A stretch of 63,926 bases of DNA, filler included, from Octopus bimaculoides (lineage: Eukaryota): the NCBI RefSeq assembly GCF_001194135.2. It is 8 parts of 8 records of this genome, joined end to end, with 100 filler letters (N's around TTAATTAATTAA, not from the genome) between each part and the next. Parts side by side here need not be neighbours in the genome. Positions count along the whole stretch, not along the records: positions 45,381 to 57,567 come from NC_068984.1; positions 57,668 to 61,722 come from NC_068995.1; positions 61,823 to 63,926 come from NW_026301397.1; 5 more parts are not named here. One strand, written 5' to 3'. Below the pieces are notes generated by a model that worked only from the letters and a program-made list of their open reading frames with translations, was not told the origin of the DNA and searched no databases. Numbering within the stretch: position 1 is the first letter of the stretch; every line of letters starts with the position of its first letter. Position numbers and translations under genes: made by a program. This document shows positions 48,393 to 62,213 of the stretch, one piece after another.

Positions 48393-50659
48393 TAACCCTA
48401 ACCCTAACCCAGATTTGTATTTCAGGTCCAAAATATTTTAGCTCCTCCATGGAGATGTAGTCAAGACCTATTGCTTTTTCAGTGTTTACATTACTATTTT
48501 TTCAAGTTGTTTGTATGTTGTATTTGTTCTTTAGCCCTAGGTCAGCTGTGATCCAGCAGACCCAAGAGTAAAAAAACACTCAACCATGGCCATTCAGCTT
48601 TTTTTTTTGTGTGTAGTTTTGGGACATGAAGTTTGAAGATTTTACTGCTACTTTCAGCAAGTTGAGTTACTTTATAGAGCTGTGTTTCTCAACATTTTAT
48701 AGCTCCCTTTTCAAGGAATTGTATTTACAAATGCATCTTTTTTTTTTATCACTTTCCAGCTCCACTCAGCCACTCTCACCTTTCCTTTTAAAATGAGAGT
48801 AAGCATGTAGCTAGTTCCTCTACAGTAAGAACCTTGTTGTTCTTGGCCCTTCTCTCATACTTTCATCCCTCATCTTCTAGCATAAAGTTGTCAGCTCCAC
48901 TAGAGCTGGTGATATGGAAGTAAAAAAAAAAGTATTAAATCCATGCTGTAAAATGATTGGCATTAAAAATGGCATCCAGCTGGAGAAACCATGCCAAAGC
49001 AGATATTAGAACATGATGCAGACTTTGGGCCCAATGAATTCTGTTTAACACACAAACTTATTACCTTTTTTATTCTAACAAACTTACAGAAATCATTTGA
49101 GAACATTATCAACAAAGTGATAATACCTTCAAATCAGTAGAATGCCAAACTAAATATTTTACAGAACCTACTAGCACTCTCCTTGGTTCTGAGATTAAAT
49201 TCTACTTGGATTACCTTAACATTTGCTTCTTCTCGAAGGATGTAAAGGGAGTAATGAAAGAAATACCAGTAACAAACCAGAATAAAACTTCTGTCGGCCA
49301 CATTCCTTTCTTAGAAACAAAAATTTAACATTATGGCTAAGTCAAAATACTTCAACAATTTGAGATGAAAGTTTGCAGCAGAATACAAAGGTCACAATAG
49401 TTCATGTAACTGTGAAAGCAAATTAAAAAACAAAACAATGACAGTTTTGAATTTTAGTATAAGGCCAGTAAATTTGGAGGGAAGAGGGAAGTCGATGATA
49501 TAGATCCCAGTATTATTTTTCAACCCTGAAAGGATGAAAGGTAAAGTCAACCTTGTGGGGAATGTGAACTCGGAACATAAAGAGCCAGAGGAAATGCTGC
49601 AAAGCATTCTGTCTGCCATCTAATAACAATAATAATTCTTTAATTAAGATGTAGTTGAGAGTTGCAACACAATACACCACACAAGCAACAAACATCATAT
49701 AAACACCAAACACACATCATGTATACATGGTGTGTCTACACACACATACATATACACACACACACATGATAGGATGTTATAAATTAATTTTCATTATAAA
49801 TTTATATCTGAAGTAAGATAATACAAGGTTTTACACAGAACTATGTGTGTATTTATCTATATATATATATATAAAATCAATTCTACTAATGGGAAAAAGA
49901 AAGTGGATTAGGAAGTATTTCTTATGATGGAATCCCAGTTAAAATAAGCAAAAATGTCAAAAGACAACCAGGCCAATGTTTTGTCTTTTATTATACTTTT
50001 CTTTAAGCTAAAAGGAAATATAAAAAATGGAGAACGAAGCATTAATCAAATTATCAACCACAATTAGGGAGAGATTGTTAAAAGAGATCTTTTAGAGCAC
50101 TAATTAGCAGGAAATAAAAACTGATTAGACCGTAATAAACTTTGGATTTTAAATGTATAAAGTTCAGTATATAGAACCACTTTATTTTTTGTGCTTGCTT
50201 TAATTATTATTTTAAATACATTTCATGATTTTTTTTTAAAAATCACATTTACATTAATTAAATTTGTTTAATAGCACCTGCAAGCAATGAATTGCTGGGA
50301 CCTAATGCTTCAGGTGTGTGTGTGTCTGTGTGCATGTGTTTGTATATGCATTTGCATCCAGGCTTAGGTATATGTTTGCATGCATGATTACAGGTATGTA
50401 AGCATGTATGCTTGCAAACTTTCATGTGTGTTTGCATGCCTGTTTACATACCATGTTTGCATTCATGTTCATATGTGTGTTAGCATGCATGATCACATGC
50501 ATGTTAGCATGTGAATTTGGATGGATGTTCTTCTGTTATGTTTATATACCTCTTCACATGTGTTTGCCGGTATGTTTATGTTTGTGGGCTAGTACATTTT
50601 CATGTGTGTGTGCTGGCTTGTTCATGTATGTGTCCTTGCAACTTTAAGCATGATTTTTT

Positions 50660-51035
50660 TTGTTAATTTGATCTGGAAGAAAGGGGTGCTTCCATTATCC
50701 TTACTGGCCTTACAAGATCAGTGAGGCCAACACAGTTAATGTTCCTCTTGAACAGTTACCTAATAAAAGCTACAGGCAAATCAGATCAGGGAGGGTGGAA
50801 TTTCCAAGATCTAACCTTCTGGACAAGAAAAACTCTGTGTAGTGGTTGGTGCACAGGTCCGGATGAGGATAAGGGTAAACACATTTTGGCTGGTGAGAAA
50901 TTGTGTGACCCAGTGTGCCTGAGTGGCAGTAGTACCTGGCCATCCACCTCTGATAAACAGAGACCACTGTAATAATGGTAGAACAGACAGTGAGGAGACA
51001 GTATGTCTGCTGGTGAGCAACTTCATGTCATTAAG
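50660..51035 (-). mobile_element. CR1/Jockey-type LINE ORF2 C-terminal remnant
   Basis: HTVSSLS..(F)YHYYSGLC and CTNHYTEFFLSR..LGNS (cf. RR.VasLslfY+YY.G.C and RT..y..SF..RT..lWN.LP). Confidence 0.5.
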
Positions 51036-51756
51036 TTAGATGGCTTTCTTTTCTTTGGATGCATGTTTGCATGTTCATGCACCTCTATTAGCGTAATTTT
51101 ATCTGAATGTTCATACACCATCAAATGTATTTGCATTAATTCACCAGTCTGAGAAGGCAGTGGATAGGCAGAGTTGGTAGTGTCAGACAAAATGTTCTGT
51201 GACGTATTTAGTTAGAAACAGTTATATGCATGTTGAATCATATTTAACATGTTCATATACACATGGATAAGGTATAAAAAAACTTTTGCTGTGGAAATAA
51301 TCTTACTAAAAAATTTTCCTCATGGACAACGCATGTGAAAAACACATTGGGGTATGAATGATGTCACCAGATCATAGGATGCATTTCTGTGAGGTTGCAT
51401 ACTGTCAGTTATGAATACCAAATCAAACCTTCAAAACAGTATGTTTTCATACATATTGTCTACGAAAAGAATTTTCTAGTTAATTCCAGTGTGACCAAGT
51501 TTAATTCTTGTCAGCAATTGTACAGCTTGCTATTGTTATATACAAGAATCATTCTTAAAGGGCTGTGAAGGAGTGATTCAGTATTTGTCGCTGATGAAAT
51601 GCAATAATGCAGAAATGGATGCATCTCTTGATCTGATGATGTCATTCCTTGCATAATGTGTTTTCACACATCTATGAGAAATTTCTCTATAGACAATATC
51701 TACAATAAAAGGGTTTTTTCATATCCAACTGTACACAAACATTAAATATGATAGGC

Positions 51757-52099
51757 ATAGGTGCTGCTGTGTGATAAGCAGTTTGCCTCCAAGCCATATG
51801 GTTCTGGGTTCAGTCTCACAGTGTGACACCTTGGGCAAATATCTTTTACTATAGCCTCGGGTTGACCAAAGCCTTGTGAGTGAAACTGGTAGACAGAAAT
51901 TGAAAGAAGCCCGTTGTCTGTGTGTTTGTCCCTCACCACCACTGTTAGTGTGTTTATGTCCTCATAACTCAGCAATTCAGTAAAAGGGGCCGATAGAATA
52001 ATTACCAGGATTTTAAAAAATAAGTACTGGGGTCAATTAAAGATGCCTCAAAGCAGCACCCCATCATGGTCGCTGTCGAGCGACTGAAACAAGTAAAAG
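51757..52099 (+). mobile_element. tRNA-derived CORE-like SINE family C, head to tail
   Basis: Head, then gtgtgacaccttgggcaaat core, (GT)-rich middle and gactgaaacaagtaaaag tail. Heads also at 25855-26015 (-), 37346-37514 (+) and 47405-47560 (-). Tails at 12855-12990, 28495-28555, 31268-31445, 33245-33338, 47025-47192, 57668-57765 and 58105-58345. Confidence 0.75.
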
Positions 52100-55000
52100 G
52101 TGCATATATTTTATTCAATGCTCTTCATGCAACTCTAGTTAAAAAAATCAATTTATGTTCTGACTTCAAATATGCATTAAGTCAACTTTCATTCTTCCAA
52201 AGGACAATAAAATATAAAGTACCAGACAACTAACCCTATTATTGTTTAGCTTCTGAAACAAATACATTTTCAAAATGGAATACAACACATCTGGTTCATT
52301 TGTGCATTAGTGAAGGTTATAAAACTTGTGTCTTTTCTATATGGCAATCTTTATCAAAGGTGTTCTAACCATCACAATGCCATCTTTTTCAGAAATATTC
52401 CAAACGAGACCTTGTCTTTTTTCTATCCCCAAATCATATGTCACTCTGTCCCATTTTTTTTAAAAGGAGACTTTTTGATAATGTAGTTCATGGTACATTA
52501 TGCCTGCAAAAATAAAAAATAGGGTGGTCATAGGTGGATTGTCTTTGATTATTGGTCTGCAAGATCAGAGCTTAGGCTAAACAACAATAACGAGTGACCA
52601 AGTATGGGTGTGTGCGCAAGTGTGCATACCTGTGTGTGTGTGTGTGTGTGTGTACTGCTATTACTCATCAAGCTGGAAATAGCAGCTACATACTTCATCA
52701 GTACAAATTTCATTGTTGAAATCCATAAAAATATTGATTGAAAAGCAGTCCGTTATTTTATTAATAAAAACATGTAAAATAAATGATGGGGTGGCTCTGG
52801 GTAGATTGCCTTTGAATACAGGCCTACTGGATCACAGCTGACCTGGGGCTAAAAAGAACAATAACAACTAACAACAAATTTACGTATGCGTCTGTACTAT
52901 CGTCTCCTGCCACTAAGTATTTTGCCCAACATGGTAATGATTATGCCAATTCATTATAGTAAGAGACTCATTCCAGTCATCAGGAAATACTTGTCAACAA
53001 GGCACCAAGGAACAGTCACTCGAGCTGCTAGAAATAACAGTCAAATCATTACTGAAATGTCTTTGATCATAGAGGTCTACTGGATCAAGGACTACCAGGA
53101 GTTAAACACCAACAGCAAAAGACTACAGTTCTCTTCAAGAGGAGATTTATCGTTATTTCTAGCAAATGAGGTGAATACGTGGAGGATTTCTCATTAGCTG
53201 AGGTACATTTATCACTAGATGTTAATAGGGATTATTGGTTTCAAATTTTGGTGATTATATTGATTTCAGTGCTCAGCTGGTACTTATTTTAACAACCCCA
53301 AAAGGATGAGAGGCAAAGTCAACTATAGTGGAATATAAACTCAGAATGTGAAGACAGCTGAAATTTCAGAATGCTAATGGTTCTACCCACATCTTTCTAA
53401 TGTGGGTTATTAGTCCCAGACCAGCTCTGATTCAGTTGGACCTATAAGTGAAGGTACACCACCTACAGCCATCCCGTCTTTTATTTTTTTTAAGCAATTT
53501 TATTATGTTGAAATACATCTGCTGCAGTTCAATCAACATATTTGGTTTTCAATATTTCTATGGATTAATTTAACAATGAAGAATATAACTGTTAAAAACT
53601 TGCTAATGTGTGACATGCAGGAGCTAGGGTTTGAAAAAGACTGGACAGCCATGGTTAGAATGTTTGCTTTTTTTTTTTTTTTTTTNNNNNNNNNNGTACC
53701 ATCAGAAGGATTAAAAAAAAAAAAAAAAGATATTATTTAGACAATCTCATTTTCGCACATCTGAGTTGCCATGCGTGCCTAAGTTAATCAGACCTGTCAT
53801 TTTCTGTTGCAAAACTATTTTGCAGTTGAGGCTAAATTGCAGATATACTCAAATCGGTTTAATCCATTAACCTATTTCCCTACAAATTGTAGGTATTGTG
53901 CCTTTATAATGAATGGATGTGTGTGTGCGTGTGGTGTGTGTAAAATAATGGACAGAATGAACAATAAACTGTATGTATAAAAAATTATAACGAAAAAAAA
54001 AAGCAAAAACAAGACAAGAAGTCTTTTATATTTAGTCATTTACTACTAACTACTATTAGCGCTGCTACTCGTTAAGAAGCCAAAATTTAATGGGCCTATA
54101 ACTCTTCCAGAGAAATTAAATTTGTCATCATGACACCTCATTTATCGCCCTTGCACTGTATGTACGTATGAGTGTTGAAACGAAATCTTTTGATGATTAC
54201 GGAAAGTTCCCGTTTGTTTCTATATTTCTGTTGAAAGATATTGCCTTTGTTTCAATAATTTTGATAAGAATGAAGAATTTAGTAAAATAACTTTTTCCAT
54301 TATTAAACTAGTTTAAAAAATAAAAAAAAAACATTTGCTTGAAATTTTGATAGGTTCTAATTTCGATTACTTTAAGGAAGTTTGTATCACAGAACCAGCA
54401 GCAGATTCTGCTTGGTTGGTATCAAGAGTTAGATACTTTTATTGAATTATCTATTTGGTGTAAGTTCCTAAAAAGAGATTATCTGAATCAGCAATTTCCA
54501 AACTGACAACTATCAGCCTCCACCCTACGAAAAAAAAAAAAAAAAAAAAGTGAAATATTTATTTGGCCCCTTAGCGTTGGACAAGTTTAAAATGCAGGAA
54601 ACCATCGTAATTTTATTAAACATGGAAATTTGGCTACCACATAATCAATTCCAATAATCTGTTCCCCTTACCCACGAGAGAAACTAATCTAAATTACCTA
54701 ATACCAATATATACTAATATATAAAAATTCTATTTTAAAATCCAATCAGTGAAAGCAGGTAGCCTAGTTGTTAGAGTGTTGCACTCAGAATTCTAAGGTC
54801 ATGGTTTCAATTCCTGGACTAGGCAAAAACATTTCATTTCACGTTGTTCCAGTCAGTTCAGCTGTAATTGGGTTCCAGCAAAAGCTGGGAAATTGACCCT
54901 GCAATGGAGTTGCATCCCATGCAGTGAGGAGTCTTGTATTCTTAGTCATATGCCATGGGACCCATATGAAAGAAAAAAAAATTTATACAGAGTAGGCCAA

Positions 55001-56219
55001 AAGTCATGAAAAGGACGTCTAAGGCAGATCAACTTCACATGGGCAATTCTTCAACAAAACTAAACAAGTGAAGAGATATATGAACAGAGCACCACAAGGA
55101 ATGCAAACAGTTGTGAAATATACAGGTGTTGCAGTGCCTAACAACACTTTCATACAGTGAAAGAAGAAATGATAAGTAAATATTTATGTGGTTCATGTCA
55201 TGTCTGAAATTTCAACGAAGAAACTAGATATTTCTGTCTGTCTATATAAGTGAGCCACCCCATCTTGTCCCTGTTTATGGCATAGCAGTGTAGACTATGG
55301 AGAACTAGACGTTTTGGCCAAGGTCATAGTGCAACAACAATAACAATATGAATCCTTAATCATGAGGTTAGTTGTTTGGTATCTTATCAACTCAGCCATT
55401 TATGACTCACAATAGATACAAAAGGTTGATGTTTATAGTTTGAAGCTTTGCCATTAAATTAATACAAGATCATGCTGGAAAACTGAACTAAATAAGGAGA
55501 CAGTTGCTTTGAAGTTAAAGTGCCACTCTATAATAAATCAGAAGTTTATATGATGCCACATTTGTTATGTTGAGTGTTGACAAGCTACACTACATGTGAG
55601 TGTGCATGGCCTTGTGGTTAGGGTGTTACATTCATGATCACGAAACCATAGTTTCGATTCTTGGATTGGGTGGTGTGGTATGGTCTTGAGCAAAACATTT
55701 CACTTCATGTTACTCAGTGATCCCTGACATTTGATGTGTGGCACACAGTGCACCTTGAAGGAGTGAGCTCATGAACACTACACATCATCTGTGCAGGTTG
55801 CTCAGTAAGAAATTGTGTTGGTTGTCTTTCTAAGACTATCAAGAAGAAAAAAGAAGATAGGTATGTATGTACTTGTGTGCGTGCATGTGCACACATGCAC
55901 ACACATACATATATACATATAATATTGTTGCTTTAATGGCTGCTTTTCCATGCTCGATTGGGTCACACAGTATTTGTTGAGGCAGATTTTTCTCTACAGT
56001 CACATGCCCTTCTTGTCGCCAACCCTCACCGGTTTCCAAGTAAAGTAATATTTCCCTATGGCTGGACATGTTTTCGTGGATGATTGGAAACAAAAAAACG
56101 CTTCTTGTATGATGGGGACACTCATTTACAACTATCACACACAGTCAAGACATGCAGATACCAACATAAACATTCACAAATAGATGCATTTTACATACAT
56201 ACATACATATAAATCTATA

Positions 56220-56332
<113 letters not shown>

Positions 56333-57567
56333 ATATTAGGGACAAAATCCAAAATTACAGGTAAAAACTCAATTAAAATCAATTTATAAAAAATTAAAAT
56401 TAAATTGAGCTTTATAGATTAAAATATATATAAAATATATAGTTTTATTGTGCTTTTAATTATTAATTTTTCTATATGTGATAGTGGATTTTCATCGATG
56501 AGTTCTTGAAACTTGGTTATTTTCCCTAAAACTATATATATATATATACACACACACACACATACATACACACACAATGGACTTTCAGTCTCCATTGACC
56601 AAATCTTCTCACTTGGCATTTGTTCCAGCTCTTTATGTTCTAAGTTCAAATTCCATGAAGGTCAGCTTTGTCTTTGCACTATATGTCGGGTAATAAAGTG
56701 CCAGTCAGCGACTAAGGTGAATATAATTGACTAAGCCTCTCTCCTCAAACACTGTGGACCTTGTGCCTTTCATCCTTTAAACCAGATTTTTCCACTTTTA
56801 GATTTAATTTTGCAAATTCTAGACTGAGCAGAGCTATGGTTAAAAGCACTCTAGCCACGACAAGCTCGTCTTTTTTTTTTCAAGTGTACCTAGCGCTATA
56901 TTGTCTGAAGACAGTGGTGTATTACAAGACTTGACTGTTATTTCTAGCAGGCTGAGCCAGCACACAGAGGTTCCCATGTCAGTTCGTGATAGACGTTGAA
57001 TGCATGATGTTCTGTAATTTCTCATGAAAACTTGTTACAGGCAAGAAAACACTGAGTTAGTGAGATTATAAGAATGTAAATAAAAAGTACATGAATTTTA
57101 AATGTTTCTCTAACGTTTATTTATATCTATTCTTGAAAAAAATTTTTTGCAACAAAAGGCATACAAGTTTTATGATATTTTTCGGCTCTCATTTTCTTTT
57201 TATTTCAAACCAGGGTAATCATTCGTTATTGGTCTTAGATCTGTCAATGTTTACAGTTGTTCGTTCGTTAGTTTCAGTGAAAATTTTGGTTTCAAAATTT
57301 TTTTATTTATTTACTTTCGGGTAAAAATTGTTAAACAGGCAAGGACTTGCAAAGGTATCTAAGTAGGGTCTCCCGATAATTCCTTCTAATTTTTGGCACA
57401 AAGCCAGCAATTTTGAAGGAAAGGGTGAAAGGCAAAGCCGACCTAGACAGTATTTGAACTCAAAATGTAATGAGCAGGAAGAAATGCCACTAAGCATCTT
57501 ATCCGGCGTGCTAACAATGGTAAAAATTTACCTTAAAAGATAAATTGAGTAGGTAAAAATTTACCTT

Positions 57568-57667
57568 NNNNNNNNNNNNNNNNNNNNNNNNNNNNNNNNN
57601 NNNNNNNNNNNTTAATTAATTAANNNNNNNNNNNNNNNNNNNNNNNNNNNNNNNNNNNNNNNNNNNN
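57568..57667. other. Artificial scaffold join
   Basis: 44 N + TTAATTAATTAA (57612-23) + 44 N. Confidence 0.95.
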
Positions 57668-57869
57668 GCTTACAAATAATAAGTGCAGGGGGTCGATTTG
57701 TTCCACTAAAAGCGGTGCTCTAGCAAGACCGTAGTCAAACGACTGAAACAAATAGAAGAATAAAAAAGTAAAATAATATATATACATGCATGAATTTATG
57801 TATATATATGCATATATATATATGTACTATGTTTGCATGCATGTATTTGAATACACACATCACTTACGT

Positions 57870-57907
<38 letters not shown>

Positions 57908-58599
57908 TATTTTATTATTGACAATATGATTCTCTATGATTTACGAACGATCATGCTAAATTAAGCGTGCAACTAATGATGTCATACTATAAAAAGTTAG
58001 GATTAATAATTAATCATTTGTAATAATTAATTGTATATATTAATGACATTAACCTGAACTGCTGATTGAATAGACTGTTGTTACGTTGACTCTGATCGGT
58101 AGTAGCTTTTCTCTTTTATTCTTTTACTTGTTTCAGTCATTAGATTCCGGCCATGCCGGAGCACCGCCTTGGACAATTTGTTTTAGTCGGATGAATCAAC
58201 AGCAGTTTGTTTTTTTTTTGTAAGCCTGATATCTATTCTAACGGACACTTTCGCTAAGCTCCTAAGTAAAAAAAACGTAAACAGAGCAACTTCGGTTGTC
58301 AAACGGTGGTGGGTGACAAACAGTCAAAAAGACAAACACACACACACACACATATATATGTATATATACGAGTGAGTGGACAAACGTTAGAAGGGCACTC
58401 AACCAATTTACTGGGAGTTACATGTATGGATCAAAACAGTTGGTACTCCAGAGTTTCATGCGTGATGCCAGTCGTCAGCCATTTTGAATTTGAATTCAAA
58501 TTCAAAATGGCTGACGACCAGCATCTGCTTGAAACTCAAGAGTACCAACGAATTTGAATCAAACTGTTTTAATCAACGCTAAATATACGATAGACACAA

Positions 58600-59128
58600 T
58601 ACCTCTAAGCATTTTTCTCGGTGTGCTAACGTTTCATATTTCTTTTATTGAGGTTAAACATAGAGGAGACAAACAAGGATTGACAAAGAGATTAAGTCGA
58701 TTACATCAACTCCAATGTGTAACAGGTACTTAATTTATCGATTCCAAAATGATGAAAGGCAATGTCGACCTCGGCGGAATTTGAACTCAGAACGTAACGG
58801 CAGACGAAATACCGCTAAGCATTTCGCCCGTCGTGCTAACGTTTCTTCTTTCCTTATTGCCCACAAGGGGCTAAGCATAGAGGGGACAAACAAGTATAGA
58901 CAAAGGGATTAAGTCGATTACATCGAACCCAGTGCGTAACTGGTACTTAATTTATCGACCCTTCAAGGATGAAAGGCAAAGTCGACCTCGGTGGAATTTG
59001 AACTCAGAACGTAGCGGCAGACGAAATACCGCTAAACATTTCGCCCGGCGTGCTAACGTTTCTTCTTTCCTTATTGCCCACAAGGGGCTAAGCATAGAGG
59101 GGACAAACAAGTATAGACAAAGGGATTA
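58600..59128 (-). repeat. Head-to-tail tandem array of SINE family D (217-bp period)
   Basis: ttattgcccacaaggggctaagcatagagg at 58854 and 59071, with a diverged unit starting near 58646; runs into a gap. Confidence 0.85.
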
Positions 59129-59225
59129 NNNNNNNNNNNNNNNNNNNNNNNNNNNNNNNNNNNNNNNNNNNNNNNNNNNNNNNNNNNNNNNNNNNNNNNN
59201 NNNNNNNNNNNNNNNNNNNNNNNNN

Positions 59226-59262
<37 letters not shown>

Positions 59263-60067
59263 CACCCTCACAAATACACAAGCATATATATATGTATTCG
59301 TGTGTGTGCTTATATTTTAATATGTGCTGATATGTGTGTCAGTTTTTGTATTCGATTTCCAAAATTATTGATGTGAACTCGTATGTTTGAACAGATATTT
59401 TTGTACTTTGGGAGCATTACTATTTCAAAAGAAATAGTGACGCACCGTTTGCAGTTCACTTCTCTTTCATTTTTAATTAAATAAACAGCTAATTAGTCAA
59501 TTATTTTAATTTGCTTGACAAAGTCCTTTCGTCACAGTCTGTGATCTTATCTATGACGTTCATCTCATACAATCATTGCGCGCTAGTATGCACTCTCTCC
59601 TTGTTCCATAGTCTTTTACATTTGAGAAAATAGCACGAAGTAAAGTCACAAGGACGTTAGTAAACAAATGAATTAATACGTGCATGTTGATAATTATGTC
59701 ACACATCAAGAAACATATGAATTCCAGACGATACTGATATTTATGTAATTGAGGGGACTGATTACGGACTTGTGAAATCGATGGCAGTTTATTGAGAGCA
59801 TATATACATTGTTATAACGACAATATTGTAATATATAGATTCGTCTATAATATTATAATCGAGTAACAGCATTTTTGGGGTTTTTTTTTCTTCAATGTAA
59901 AGTTAGTGTTAGGAAGGGCATCGAGATGTAGAAACCATGCCAAAGCAGACAAATGGAGCCTGTAGAAAATTGCAATAAGAATCGAACCTGAGATGACGTG
60001 GTTGCGATTCAAATTTTTTAACCTTTCTGCTACAATGTTCGTACATTAACATTATGTGTAACAGAGA

Positions 60068-60284
60068 AAGGCAGCGGGCTGGCCGAATCGTTAGCACGTT
60101 GAACGAAATGCATAACGGTATTTCGCCCGTCGCTTCGTTGTGAGTTCAAATTCCGCCGAGGTTGACTTTGCCTTTCATCCTTTCCGGGATCGATAATTTA
60201 AGTACCAGTCAAGTACTGGGGTCGATGTGATCGACTTTCTCCTTCCCAAAATTTCAGACCTTGTCCCTATAGTAGAAAGGATTA
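60068..60284 (+). mobile_element. tRNA-derived SINE family D (Meta/MESC-like core)
   Basis: Head ...GAGTTCAAATTCC, core gcctttcatccttt.cggg.tcgataa.ttaagtaccag and tail aaaatttcagaccttg. Other copies: 1120-1250, 29755-30045, 30325-30545, 38888-39093, 49452-49622, 53240-53385, 57378-57517 and 58600-59128. The core-domain name is from recall. Confidence 0.75.
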
Positions 60285-60909
60285 TCTGTAATTAGAAAAC
60301 ATTGATAAAAAGAAAGTGAGACTCCACCATGATGCTTTCTAGTTTTTCTGATTAAATCTACAGCTAAGTTAAGACTACTTTTTCATCTAAAAATAAAGTA
60401 AATCCACTGAATGAGATTAATCATTTTTTTCTTTATTTTTTCCAAACTTTTATGCTAAAAAATGTCGAAAGTAGTGGATAAGCAATGTTGTCTGAAATCT
60501 GATTGTTTGTGCGCNNNNNNNNNNNNNNNNNNNNNNNNNNNNNNNNNNNNNNNNNNNNNNNNNNNNNNNNNNNNNNNNNNNNNNNNNNNNNNNNNNNNNN
60601 NNNNNNNNNNNNNNNNNNNNNNNNNNNNNNNNNNNNNNNNNNNNNNNNNNNNNNNNNNNNNNNNNNNNNNNNNNNNNNNNNNNNNNNNNNNNNNNNNNNN
60701 NNNNNNNNNNNNNNNNNNNNNNNNNNNNNNNNNNNNNNNNNNNNNNNNNNNNNNNNNNNNNNNNNNNNNNNNNNNNNNNNNNNNNNNNNNNNNNNNNNNN
60801 NNNNNNNNNNNNNNNNNNNNNNNNNNNNNNNNNNNNNNNNNNNNNNTTACTATTTTGATATTAATTTCATGGACCCAAGTAGGTAATAAATTTGGACACC
60901 AACCGCCTC

Positions 60910-61200
60910 TTATGACTTACGACTTGTGTCATATGGCACAAAACTTGAAAGACAATATCTGGACTTAAAAGACATATGCTCGTTCACAAAAACATTCCTT
61001 CAGAATCAGATTCCAAAGGGCAAAGATATAGAAGAAACTTGAATAATATTTGTCACTTCCGTTTTAAACCCTCAATCAGCAGCTGGTCCTAAAAGTCATC
61101 TGGGGGCTCATCAACGGAATGATTGTACTATGTGATGAGAATGTGATGTGTGTGTTGACACGACGGCTATCATCTGTCAAGATAAAGCAATCATCATGAT
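60910..61200 (+). mobile_element. Second copy of the zinc-finger LINE 3-prime end
   Basis: Shares aaaaacattccttcagaatcagattccaaa and the gctcatcaac...acggctatca.ctgtca tail with 10000-10200; encodes GLKRHMLVH. Confidence 0.6.
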
Positions 61201-61211
61201 ATAAGTGTGTG

Positions 61212-61270
<59 letters not shown>

Positions 61271-61722
61271 CTGAATTTATAATACAAGGTGGAAAGAACA
61301 AGCTTAAATCTAAATCACAACAACTGTTTCTGTGCTTCAGCAACAGTTGTGAATTGCTAAGTGTTTCACATATTATGCATGTTAGTAATTTATCATATAA
61401 ATAACATGTAAATATAATACTGCTTACTCGCACGTCATCAGGTGAGTGGCTTTAATAGCACTGTTGGATGACGTCCAGTTTTTCATTGTTTTACGCCATG
61501 TTCTACCAAGGATATAAATTGTGTGTGTGTGTGTGCGCGCGCGCTCGCGCGCGTGCTCTCCGCTTTCTGACGAAGAGCTATGCTTGAAATGTAAGAAACA
61601 CACTCTTTTTCAACCTTTACTGGGCGTCAAGCTAATACATTTCATGTTTACTTCCTATTGTTATTTTATTATTTGTTATTTCAATGTTCGATTTGATAAT
61701 GTATATACATACATATATATAG

Positions 61723-61822
61723 NNNNNNNNNNNNNNNNNNNNNNNNNNNNNNNNNNNNNNNNNNNNTTAATTAATTAANNNNNNNNNNNNNNNNNNNNNN
61801 NNNNNNNNNNNNNNNNNNNNNN
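61723..61822. other. Artificial scaffold join
   Basis: 44 N + TTAATTAATTAA (61767-78) + 44 N. Confidence 0.95.
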
Positions 61823-62148
61823 GGAAAAATGACTAAATTGTGGGTGTGAAGTCCCCATGAAGGGGTCTTTGTTATGGCCATTATGCATAGAATATAAATT
61901 CCAAATTTCATAAGGATCCATTCAGTACTTTTGACGTAGTTTTGGATAAGAAAACAAATGACTAATGTGTGTGTTTATGTGCATGTGTATGTGTGTGTGT
62001 ATGGGTGTATATATGTGTACATATTACATGTACATCTATATATATACATCTACACATATGTATACGTATACATGCATGCATATAGATCCATATCTATATA
62101 TATATCTATACATATATGTGTACATATACATCTATATGTATACATATA

Positions 62149-62213
<65 letters not shown>

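Noticed and set aside
51587-51630. CTGATGA...TGCA-ataa-TGCA-GAAA...ATC hammerhead-like string
   Set aside because: Two extra bases before stem II and no stem I pairing; likely chance.
52886-53197. 103-aa ORF
   Set aside because: Starts at a TTG/ATG in repeat-like sequence; no homology, codon or splice support.
58600-59128. CRISPR-like or regularly spaced repeat array
   Set aside because: Units are whole tandem SINE copies without unique spacers; eukaryotic context and no cas genes.
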